From contig CAZRHI010000001.1 of assembly GCA_964599945.1 (NCBI GenBank), positions 2,565-66,564 on the forward strand: a DNA stretch of 64,000 nucleotides, given 5' to 3'. This document shows positions 39,768-48,831 of the stretch, in pieces. The translations under genes were made by a program, and so were the position numbers. Source of the DNA: an uncultured Acetobacter sp. (GTDB taxonomy: Bacteria; Pseudomonadota; Alphaproteobacteria; RF32; CAG-239). Position 1 is the first letter of the stretch. The number at the start of each line of letters is the position of its first letter. A model generated the notes under the pieces. That model saw only the letters and a program-made list of their open reading frames with translations. It was not told the DNA's origin and ran no database searches.

Positions 39768-40523
39768 TTACTTTCGTTCTCTTTGTTTATATTCAACAAC
39801 AGTAAACCCTAGCGGATTTTTCAACCTTTCACCAAACCTCACCTTTTTGCTTCGATATCTTATGGTCATATTTACAACCCAAACACTTATTTGAGGCGTT
39901 TCCCTTTCAGGTGTCATATCTTCTACTTGAAATTCGACTTCCCACCCCATACCATTTTTTTGTACACCAACTTCTTTGGCTGATTTAATCTTTATGTTAC
40001 GGGTTAAATTATACTGACGAATCTGCTCCATAGCTCTTTTAGCAACATTTTCTCGGAAATCACTATAAACCTTCGTGCTTGACATCTCTTGAAGATTGCT
40101 ACCTGGATCCCAACGCTCTTTCATCTCCGCCTCATCATTAACAAAGGTATTGCGAAGAAGAATATACTCTCTTACAAACATTTCTGTTAAATATTTATAA
40201 TCATAAATCTTTTTGACTTCTTCAATATGGTAAATTTGCTCTTTCTTATCAGCAAAACTAAACAAATATGGTTCAACTCGATACAATGGAATCGTCGTCA
40301 TAATCACATATGTTAGGATAAAATTGCAACACAAACTTACAGCAAAAACTATTGCAAACGCACGAGCCGTCCACAAATAACGTTTTTCTGTTGCATTTTC
40401 AACAATCGTATCCGCAGATGCTTTTCGCCGTTGACGAATCGGCTGAGGTGTTGGTGCCGCTTTTGCACCATTCCCCTCTAACAGTACTCGTTTCGTATTT
40501 TCTGAAGAAATTTGTTCTACCAT
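39768..40523 (-). CDS. virB8: VirB8
   Basis: 251 aa, bitopic with an N-terminal cytoplasmic tail and one TM. NTF2-like C-domain with the conserved NPLGF motif. Confidence 0.8.
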   Translation of the reverse strand: MVEQISSENTKRVLLEGNGAKAAPTPQPIRQRRKASADTIVENATEKRYLWTARAFAIVFAVSLCCNFILTYVIMTTIPLYRVEPYLFSFADKKEQIYHIEEVKKIYDYKYLTEMFVREYILLRNTFVNDEAEMKERWDPGSNLQEMSSTKVYSDFRENVAKRAMEQIRQYNLTRNIKIKSAKEVGVQKNGMGWEVEFQVEDMTPERETPQISVWVVNMTIRYRSKKVRFGERLKNPLGFTVVEYKQRERK

Positions 40524-40545
40524 TCCCTATTTCCTATAGTAGCTA

Positions 40546-40734
40546 TTAGCTCATAGCTTTAAACCAATCTGGCAGTGTTTTAGGTAGTTCAACTTCTATA
40601 CACGCACAAGGAGAAAGCTTTAATTCGTATATATCTTTACCAATTCCTACTGGTTCTGGTTCATAATATGTCCCTAAAACATTGCACGCAGCCAAAATTA
40701 AAATTGCAAAAACTAAAATCAACGCTTTATACAT
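40546..40734 (-). CDS. virB7: VirB7-like small outer-membrane lipoprotein
   Basis: 62 aa with a lipobox ILAAC, at the canonical VirB7 position between the virB8 paralogs and virB9. Confidence 0.5.
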   Translation of the reverse strand: MYKALILVFAILILAACNVLGTYYEPEPVGIGKDIYELKLSPCACIEVELPKTLPDWFKAMS

Positions 40735-40878
40735 AATTCTCCCTCTTTTTTAAAATAATCCTTTCTTATAATTAGAACTTTTATTTTTAAAAGTCTAACG
40801 AGAAAATGAAATGCGTTGACTTATCAACAGGCTAATTTTCTCCTCTGATATTATAATACTCAAATATTTAAGATTATT

Positions 40879-41679
40879 TTAATTTTCAATTTCACTCTGA
40901 GAGTAATGAATAACTGCAAAACCCAGAGGATTTAACAACCGACGATATGCTGTTCTTCGGTTAGGATATGTACGACAACGTATTGTTACTGTCCAATATC
41001 TTTCTTCAATTTTTGGCTCAATTTTTTGTTGTCCTACTGAGTCTTTTGGAAATGAGTAGTCGTATGTTTTAAACTCAACATTCCACGCATAACTATTGTT
41101 TCCACCAGAGCGTTCAACTGACAATATCTCAACAGAGCGACTTGCCTTGCTTTCATTTAGTTCCTTGGTAACTTTTGGATATTCTTTTTCAAACGCTTTG
41201 TAGACCTTATATGTAGATAAATAGGATACTAAACCACCCCATAACCAACGTTTTTTCATCTCCGCTTCATCTTTAATAAAGGTATTTCTTAGCTCAACAT
41301 ATTGCTTTATAAAGTTTACCATTATTCGTTCTCGTGAAATCATTTCATATTTTACATTTTCACAGTCTGTTGTTTCACACTTTGGCATAACGGCGGTGAT
41401 ATATTTGCGTTTTACAAGTGATTGCGAATCTGATAATTCCACAAAAATTTGAGGATCTATCATAATGTTTGGTACTAATTTTAATATTACCAACGTTGCG
41501 GAAATGGTGTATAATATAGCTATGCTTGCTAGCAACACCATCAAATGACTTATCCATTTGTAGTAAATAAGCTTTGCACGACGTACTTCTATTACATCTT
41601 CTGTAATAAATTCAGGCGCATTTCTTGTTTTAGTCTTGTCAGTTATTTGATGTATTTTTTGGTTTGCCAGCTCTGCCAT
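40879..41679 (-). CDS. second VirB8-family paralog
   Basis: 266 aa, bitopic, C-terminal ...YRRLLNPLGFAVIHY with the same NPLGF motif as the 251-aa VirB8. Confidence 0.65.
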   Translation of the reverse strand: MAELANQKIHQITDKTKTRNAPEFITEDVIEVRRAKLIYYKWISHLMVLLASIAILYTISATLVILKLVPNIMIDPQIFVELSDSQSLVKRKYITAVMPKCETTDCENVKYEMISRERIMVNFIKQYVELRNTFIKDEAEMKKRWLWGGLVSYLSTYKVYKAFEKEYPKVTKELNESKASRSVEILSVERSGGNNSYAWNVEFKTYDYSFPKDSVGQQKIEPKIEERYWTVTIRCRTYPNRRTAYRRLLNPLGFAVIHYSQSEIEN

Positions 41680-41698
41680 TTTGATTTATTTTCCTCTT

Positions 41699-44600
41699 TT
41701 AGTACGTTGGACAATATGCTACGGCTTGGTTTTGATTTTCCATTCCTTGCAATCCATCTTCTACTGATTGAATAGTAACATCTCGGTTAGCTTCTGCTGT
41801 TTTAACGGTTTCTGCAATCTTATCTCGACCAATATCTGGCTGGATTGTTGAAATTTCGTCCTTATCATAAACCAAAACACCATTCTTGCCTTTCTCTGTG
41901 CTTATGTAGTTGTTTATTTTTTCTAATCGTTCCTCTACATATTCTTTCGCTTCTTTAGGCAGATCATCTAATTTTATGTTCTTTAGTTGCTTCTGCGCAT
42001 TCATTAGATAACTATCTTTTGCGGAATCTAACTTACAGAATATTTGATTATATACAGATGCACTTCTATTGACATCTTTACACACAATTCCTGCTTTCTT
42101 TTTTTGCGGTTCAAAATAAATGTTATCTTTGTAACTTGTTGCCAATGCTTGTTTTTCACAATTTTCAATGACTATACCATTTTCTTTGAGTTGTGCGCAA
42201 AGACTTTCCATGGTTTTCTTTATTGTTTCTTCGCTAGATTTCAAGTTCTTCCGAGCATTATATTCTGTTGTTATCGCCTCAAGGAACGACCCCAATGTAT
42301 TACGTTTAAATGAAGCTATTTCTACCTTTTGGCGCGTAATATCGTTGTCTGTGTTCTTTGTGTCTAATAGATATTCGTGCAGGCTTTGATGTATGGTACG
42401 ATATGCCATATCTTGCATTAGAAATTGTCCTAATTCGCTATATTTCTCATATAGATCCTCGCCATCTATGTCTGCTGGAGTTTCCGTATCTTTTACATCT
42501 TTTAAGCCATGGTCTGCTAAGAGATGATATATAGACTTCCCTTCAAATTTGACTTCTTGGCAAGTTGGTAAACTTTGTAGCGTTTTCCCCAAAGGAAGTT
42601 TCTTCCTCGTTTTAAATTGTAGATATTTTGCCTCGTCCTTATCTTTACTGTACCCCATATCTACAACTTTACTTCCAATTCTGCAAGGATATACCCCACC
42701 TCTTCCAATTATAGTACGATAATTTTTATCGTTTGGATTAGTTACGCCACTACTTGCAAGTAAGTTTCTTACTAAATTATTCAACTGATTTTTACCAAAA
42801 GATTTTTCAATAAATGTCTGTTGATATTTACCGTCATTACGCAAGTTTGGACGAGCAAGCAAATGTCTCCATATTTCAGGTAAATATTCTACTTCACAAG
42901 TTTTTTTATCTATTGAGAAATATTTACAATTTAAAAGTTCTGAAATAACGGGGGAAGTTGTCTTCTTTTTCTTATTTTTAAACTTTGCAACATCATCAAA
43001 ATCTGTTGCGTTAAAGTAAAAGATTTCGCGTACAGGCGGTTCGCTAGCCAACATATCTTTCGGGGCGATGAAATCTCTACCTGCATTTGTATCAGACGTG
43101 GCTTTTTCACGATAGTTAATTCCTCGTGCAGGTAGCCCTACAAAATATGCTGTATCTATTATGTTTTCGTCTTCTTGATCTTCTTTGATATTAAGCATTT
43201 TCATAAACTGCTCTTCGTCTGGAATACCAAATAGATTTTCACCTTCTACAACACTTTGAGAAATCTCTCTTAATGTTGTTAGTAGTTCCTCATGATCTAT
43301 CGATGGTTTTTCCAAATATGCTGTGTCAGGTGCTAACGTTCCTTCGCCATTTACCCGATGTTTTTTGGTAAAATCTTCGATTGTTTTCACGGCATCGTTA
43401 ATTGCACTTTCAACTTTTTCATCCGCTTTTTTCACATTATTGCCAAGCTCTATAACGGCTGTTTCAATAACCGCATTTTTTACCGCTTTAGCCAGATTTT
43501 CCGCACTGAGGCTACCTGCGGCAATATTTATAGCTGAAAATGTGCTATCTACATAGAAGTTATTTGGAATGCCCGCACTAATAAGCACATTTTTAATTTT
43601 AGAACTTGGAGAGAAAAATACACGATCCAACTCAGATTTTAGGGCATCTTCTAAATTTCCTTTTTTTGCAACAATATAAGTTAGTGTTGCTTCTAGGTTA
43701 TCTTCATCTCTGCGCTTTGGCTTTTTCTTATTTACGCATATACCCAAAACTTTTTTATAGCAATCTTTCTCATTCCAATCCAGCATACGATATGCCTGAT
43801 CTTCTCCTGTTGCTTTTTCCAGAAAGCCTTCAAATTCGCTGTTTTTGCTTTCTATCGCGCTTTGAGCTTCTTCTTCCAAATCTAGATATTTTTCAGCAAA
43901 ATCTTCCGTTAGTTTGGTTGAGTCTTCTTTCAACTTATCTATTCTTGCTTTTAACTCATCTAGCTTTGATTTTTCGCTTTTTACAACTTTTTCATATTTT
44001 GCTTTTTCTACCTCTGCTGTTGGCATGAAGATATAACGCCCCTCTCGAGAAGTCGGTGTGATATTTAGCAAACCTGTTCTATAGTCTTCACGGAGCTGTA
44101 CGCCATATTTCCCGCAGTCTAATTTAATTGTTTTACAATTAATTCGCTTACTTTTGGGTAGTTTTTGACACGAATTGCAACTATATGGCTTACTCATTGT
44201 CCCTGTTGTTAGGCAACTTTTTTCATTTTTTAGCTCACCGATTTGGCGTTCTATCAAGCATTTATCATCAACATACTTCGTGCCTTTATTTCGACTATCA
44301 AGGATAGCTAGTTCACTCTCAATACTTTTAATTCTTTGTTCGGTTTTGCGAATTTCCTCCGCAACAGTATTTTTATTTTTTTGAGCTTTATCTAGCTTTG
44401 TATTTGTCGTATTTAAATTGGTAATTGCCCTTGCAATATCGTTCTCATATTTTTCTTTTTTAGTTTGATATTCTCTAATACTTTTTTTGATTTTTTCATC
44501 TTGGCTGGCACGTTCATTTATAACATTGCGCAATTTATCTATGGCAACTTCACGACCATTATTTTTACCATAAGTATAAAATTCATCTGCATCTTTCCAT

Positions 44601-46750
44601 GCTGTTTGGAAGTACTTGTTTACCAAGCAAGCTGGTGTTAAACATATACTTGATGTATCAACATGACCTGCTTCTTTTTTATATGTGCAAGTATTGTTTA
44701 ATGATACTCTTTGGTCTTCTGTTACATCTGAAACAGAATATACTTTTAGATTCCCCTCATCATCATAATAGCTTTTTTTCCGCTTGATTATGATATATCC
44801 GTTACTATTCTTCACATCGCATGAATAATATTCTGCTGTGCAATATTTAGTTTTTGCATTAGCAATGGCTTCATCAATACTTTTACAACGAAGAGCTGCC
44901 TCTATGTATGGCTTTACTGGGTCTGTTTCATTGCTTGAAGTATAAGTTTTCGCCACTTCATAAGCCGTAGAACCTTTGTCTGTTGACTTTATTATCAATC
45001 TTATATTACGATATTTATTACGCAGATATTCTGTTTGCAATAATTTTTGGTCATTCCAAGGTTTGAAGTTTAGGTTATATTTTCTCATCATCTCTGATAT
45101 CATATCTCGCCCTAAGCCCCATGTCAGTTCTGCTGTTTTTCGTCCTTCGGTTTGCACTTCTGCCGCATTATCACTATTCAAAAAGCCATCTGTCTCAGAA
45201 GCATTTTCATATCGTTTACTAAATTCTGAACTGTTTACGTTTGTTATATTGGTTACTTCCTGTCCCTCTGTTTGATCTTCTGTGATTAACTCAATAGAAC
45301 ACGCGCATTTGTGCGAATCACTTTCACAGCAATCTGTTGTTTTTGTATATCCTGCAGGACAAGTTTCATAATAGTCTTCACAACCATCACTTGTTCCTAG
45401 AACAATATTTGTAGAAACTCTATCATATTTATTTAACAGCTTACTTGCTTGCCCTATACGGTTAGCATAATCAAATCGTTCTTCATCAGAAATCCAACTT
45501 TTTCCATACCATATTTCTTCTGCCGTAATATCCTTATTTTCATTATGACGCTTCAACAAGTCTATCACACAGTTATCGCTAGCTTTTACTAGTTTTTTTG
45601 CGTTTTCGTGTATTTCTTTTTGCAATAAATATTGACGGTATTGGCTTTTATATTCTGGTAATGAACTTTTTAAATTATGAACAGCTACGGCTTTATCTAT
45701 ATAGTCTTCAATAGGTTTGAATAAAGCCAATATTTCTGTTTCATTAACACTTTTCATTTTTACTTTGTCTTTATTTATTTTGGCACAATTTTTTCCTGTG
45801 CCATTACTACAATTTTCAGCTCTCTTCTTAAATTTTAATATACTCTTGGCTGATGTATATGTATGAGAATCGCTATATGCAAACTGATATGAACGATTGA
45901 TATAGCGTTCTGCATTGCTTTCTTTTACTGGCTCTGCAAGATCTATTTGTTTTGAAGATTGGAAAAGAGCCTCTGTGGCTGTTAAATCTTCAATAATACG
46001 CAATAGTCTGTCATATACCATTGTAACAATGTATGCATTTCTAGCTGCCCCAATTTGCGCAGTGTTATCTTCTTCACCTTCTTCGGTTGTCTGGGCTTGT
46101 TGTTCTTCTGCGCTTACTTCTGCCATTTTCATTCCAAAAAACACACATTCTTTTTCAGAATAATTACCATTTTGACATTCCTCTAGGCGGTTAAGTGTTT
46201 CTTCTACCGTTGATAAGTAATCTTCCATTGCTCTTGCGGCAATATATGTGTTTATCGCAATATCTTGTTTATATTCCACCGCTTTATTTCGGTATGCTTC
46301 ATGTATGATTTGTTCTTTAACATCACTTTCAAAGCTATGGTTAAAAAACAATGTAAAGAAAGCATTAAAAAATGCTTTTTCATCCACGGTATTTGAATCA
46401 ATATCCAGCGTTGTACTTGTTGAAACTTTATTCTGCCCTGGAGTTTTGGCTTCTCCTTTTTTATCTGATCCTAAAGGAGAAACTTCTTTTATTTGATCCC
46501 AAACGCCACCAAGCATACCTCCTTTTGCTCCGAGTAACCCCATAGCACCATCTAATGTTAGCCCAGATTGTATCTGATGATAAAATTCTTGCCCTTGACT
46601 AAGTAACTTTAAAACATTGGTTGCTGGACCAATCACTGGACTTAATGGTGTTGGAGGAATCGGTAAAAAAGCCTCTGCGTTTTGACAACTTACGCCGAGT
46701 AAGAAGCCTCCCATCATCAAACATCTTATGTATTTTGAAATCTTAATCAT
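41699..46750 (-). CDS. 1683-aa secreted Cys-rich coiled-coil protein (T4SS-associated, unknown function)
   Basis: N-terminal signal peptide and no further TM segments. Many Cys clusters (CPAGYTKTTDCCESDSHKCAC...), long coiled-coil stretches and no catalytic motifs recognised. Confidence 0.6.
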   Translation of the reverse strand: MIKISKYIRCLMMGGFLLGVSCQNAEAFLPIPPTPLSPVIGPATNVLKLLSQGQEFYHQIQSGLTLDGAMGLLGAKGGMLGGVWDQIKEVSPLGSDKKGEAKTPGQNKVSTSTTLDIDSNTVDEKAFFNAFFTLFFNHSFESDVKEQIIHEAYRNKAVEYKQDIAINTYIAARAMEDYLSTVEETLNRLEECQNGNYSEKECVFFGMKMAEVSAEEQQAQTTEEGEEDNTAQIGAARNAYIVTMVYDRLLRIIEDLTATEALFQSSKQIDLAEPVKESNAERYINRSYQFAYSDSHTYTSAKSILKFKKRAENCSNGTGKNCAKINKDKVKMKSVNETEILALFKPIEDYIDKAVAVHNLKSSLPEYKSQYRQYLLQKEIHENAKKLVKASDNCVIDLLKRHNENKDITAEEIWYGKSWISDEERFDYANRIGQASKLLNKYDRVSTNIVLGTSDGCEDYYETCPAGYTKTTDCCESDSHKCACSIELITEDQTEGQEVTNITNVNSSEFSKRYENASETDGFLNSDNAAEVQTEGRKTAELTWGLGRDMISEMMRKYNLNFKPWNDQKLLQTEYLRNKYRNIRLIIKSTDKGSTAYEVAKTYTSSNETDPVKPYIEAALRCKSIDEAIANAKTKYCTAEYYSCDVKNSNGYIIIKRKKSYYDDEGNLKVYSVSDVTEDQRVSLNNTCTYKKEAGHVDTSSICLTPACLVNKYFQTAWKDADEFYTYGKNNGREVAIDKLRNVINERASQDEKIKKSIREYQTKKEKYENDIARAITNLNTTNTKLDKAQKNKNTVAEEIRKTEQRIKSIESELAILDSRNKGTKYVDDKCLIERQIGELKNEKSCLTTGTMSKPYSCNSCQKLPKSKRINCKTIKLDCGKYGVQLREDYRTGLLNITPTSREGRYIFMPTAEVEKAKYEKVVKSEKSKLDELKARIDKLKEDSTKLTEDFAEKYLDLEEEAQSAIESKNSEFEGFLEKATGEDQAYRMLDWNEKDCYKKVLGICVNKKKPKRRDEDNLEATLTYIVAKKGNLEDALKSELDRVFFSPSSKIKNVLISAGIPNNFYVDSTFSAINIAAGSLSAENLAKAVKNAVIETAVIELGNNVKKADEKVESAINDAVKTIEDFTKKHRVNGEGTLAPDTAYLEKPSIDHEELLTTLREISQSVVEGENLFGIPDEEQFMKMLNIKEDQEDENIIDTAYFVGLPARGINYREKATSDTNAGRDFIAPKDMLASEPPVREIFYFNATDFDDVAKFKNKKKKTTSPVISELLNCKYFSIDKKTCEVEYLPEIWRHLLARPNLRNDGKYQQTFIEKSFGKNQLNNLVRNLLASSGVTNPNDKNYRTIIGRGGVYPCRIGSKVVDMGYSKDKDEAKYLQFKTRKKLPLGKTLQSLPTCQEVKFEGKSIYHLLADHGLKDVKDTETPADIDGEDLYEKYSELGQFLMQDMAYRTIHQSLHEYLLDTKNTDNDITRQKVEIASFKRNTLGSFLEAITTEYNARKNLKSSEETIKKTMESLCAQLKENGIVIENCEKQALATSYKDNIYFEPQKKKAGIVCKDVNRSASVYNQIFCKLDSAKDSYLMNAQKQLKNIKLDDLPKEAKEYVEERLEKINNYISTEKGKNGVLVYDKDEISTIQPDIGRDKIAETVKTAEANRDVTIQSVEDGLQGMENQNQAVAYCPTY

Positions 46751-46767
46751 GGTTTTCTCCTTTACTT

Positions 46768-48126
46768 TTAATCCACCAATGGAGCATTGACTCTCTTGAT
46801 AACGTCTTTCTTTTCTCCCTTTTGTTGCACCTTCTTTAAGGTTGCTTCATCTAGGATATATTTACTCAAATCGAAATTATAAAAATCAGCTATCGCCCCT
46901 TGTTTTTCTATATCTAATTCTTTTATTTCTAGTGCTGCTTGATATTGTAGTTTGGCTGCTAATAATCTGGCATATAGTGCTAGCGCGCGAGTAACCTCTA
47001 TGCGTGTATTAGAATATGAAACGATTGCTTCTAATTCTGGCAATTCTTTGGTTGCATCAAATATTTCTTTTATTTTATTCTCCCGCTCGGGCAATTCTCG
47101 ACGAACTGTAGCTGTTACCTGCAAAAGATGTCCTATGGTAATAATTATTAGATGTTTGCGATCACGTTCTTTTTGATCTCCTGTTGAAGCATTTTTTTGG
47201 TAAGCTTGTCGCAACTTATCATCCGCTAGAAGCTTATATTCCTTTTCTTCTGTATCAAAATATGCTCGAACAAATCTTTTATAATCTTCATCACTAATAA
47301 TGAAACCACTTAAATCTTTTATATTTCCCCAATCTTTTTGGTCTTTCATATCTGCTTGAAGTACTATGTTTGCATCTTCTGCTTGCTGTTCTATTTCGTC
47401 ATATCTGTTTTTAACATCTTCCCATTTTGCATCATCTGATGTACCTACTTTTTTACGTTTTTCACGCAATAATTTTAACGCATCCTCTTGTGCTTTTCTT
47501 AACTCTGCAAGAGATGCTTCTTCTTGAGCTAATCTATCAGCTTCTTGGGAGACGTTCATATAGTCAACCCACGCTTTTCTTATTTCTTCATCAGAGGCTG
47601 TTCCATTTTCCACAAGTTGGTCATATTTACGTTGGGCGTTCTGAGCCTTTATACTGGCTTCAGATGATTGTCTGTGCTTTTCATTCTCCGATTTTTTATA
47701 TTCAGATATATTTTTCTCTGTAATTCCTATCTTTGTATCATATTCCTTTTTAGAGGCTTCCAAATATAAATCTCTCTCTAGTTTTATCAACTCTTGGTTC
47801 TTTCCTTTTGTAGAACCAACTTGAGGGGATAATAATCCCTTGCCATTATCTCCTTGACCACCCATAAGCATACTACCAAGCCCTTTACTAAGCTCTGATA
47901 ACAACATATTTTTCAACGATGCTATGTTTAGACCTTGGGTTGCCATTTGTTTAATCATGTTTACTTTTTCTATGCCCTGAACCGCCGTATCATAAATAGT
48001 TTGAACATTTCCTGTAATTGTTTGTGCCATTTCTGCACCATCAATTATAATATTTGAATATGCTGGTTTGTTGATACCAACATTTAACATTGTCGCTAGT
48101 GTTATTGTTAATATTGTTTTTCTCAT
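46768..48126 (-). CDS. VirB5/TrbJ-like secreted coiled-coil protein, paralog 4 (452 aa)
   Basis: Signal peptide, N-terminal helix resembling VirB5, extended E/K-rich coiled coil. Confidence 0.45.
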   Translation of the reverse strand: MRKTILTITLATMLNVGINKPAYSNIIIDGAEMAQTITGNVQTIYDTAVQGIEKVNMIKQMATQGLNIASLKNMLLSELSKGLGSMLMGGQGDNGKGLLSPQVGSTKGKNQELIKLERDLYLEASKKEYDTKIGITEKNISEYKKSENEKHRQSSEASIKAQNAQRKYDQLVENGTASDEEIRKAWVDYMNVSQEADRLAQEEASLAELRKAQEDALKLLREKRKKVGTSDDAKWEDVKNRYDEIEQQAEDANIVLQADMKDQKDWGNIKDLSGFIISDEDYKRFVRAYFDTEEKEYKLLADDKLRQAYQKNASTGDQKERDRKHLIIITIGHLLQVTATVRRELPERENKIKEIFDATKELPELEAIVSYSNTRIEVTRALALYARLLAAKLQYQAALEIKELDIEKQGAIADFYNFDLSKYILDEATLKKVQQKGEKKDVIKRVNAPLVD

Positions 48127-48139
48127 TTTCGCTAGCTCC

Positions 48140-48826
48140 CTATTCCTCTTCTTCGTTTTCTCTATTATATTGCATTAGCTCTTTTACTGCTTGAGCTTGG
48201 AACATATAACTTCTTAATTCAAGAATTCTGGCTATGCGCGCATCACTATTTCGAAGCAAAGTTCCTTGAGCAAATATAAGTTCGTCCATATTGTCGTTCT
48301 CAAAATCTCTATTGTATAATTCTGTATCCTCTTGCATAAGATTTTGTTTGGTAACCATTCCTTTTGCAAACAATATGGCAATATTATCTATTACTATCGC
48401 ATTATTTTCTTGTTTTAACTGATCGCGACGTGAAATATCATCTCCTGTTCCTTTTTTGTATGTTCCATCTTCTTTAATACTCTCCGCTAATTTTTCAGCA
48501 TCTTTTTTCATTAAATCCCCACTTTGGAGTTCTCCACCTACTGTGCGGATACCATCTATCTTTGTTTTTGTATCTTTTGCAAAATTACTTACCTCATCAT
48601 AACATTTTAGAGGATTTGCAAAACAGTTTGTTGCCATGGCAAACCCTTGACGAACTGTTTTTTCTGCATCTTGTATTATTTTAACGGCTTCTTGAATTTG
48701 GTTTTCAATAGTTTGCTTTAACTTTAACCCTGATTGCAATGTGGCCATAGGGTCAAGAATTGCATACACATTTTTGGAGTATACAAGCAATGAAAATATC
48801 AATAGTAGAAATACTCTTTTTTTCAT
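48140..48826 (-). CDS. virB5: VirB5/TrbJ-like minor pilin, paralog 3 (228 aa)
   Basis: Signal peptide, about 220 aa helical protein of VirB5/TrbJ size and composition. Confidence 0.5.
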   Translation of the reverse strand: MKKRVFLLLIFSLLVYSKNVYAILDPMATLQSGLKLKQTIENQIQEAVKIIQDAEKTVRQGFAMATNCFANPLKCYDEVSNFAKDTKTKIDGIRTVGGELQSGDLMKKDAEKLAESIKEDGTYKKGTGDDISRRDQLKQENNAIVIDNIAILFAKGMVTKQNLMQEDTELYNRDFENDNMDELIFAQGTLLRNSDARIARILELRSYMFQAQAVKELMQYNRENEEEE

Positions 48827-48831
48827 TTCTA

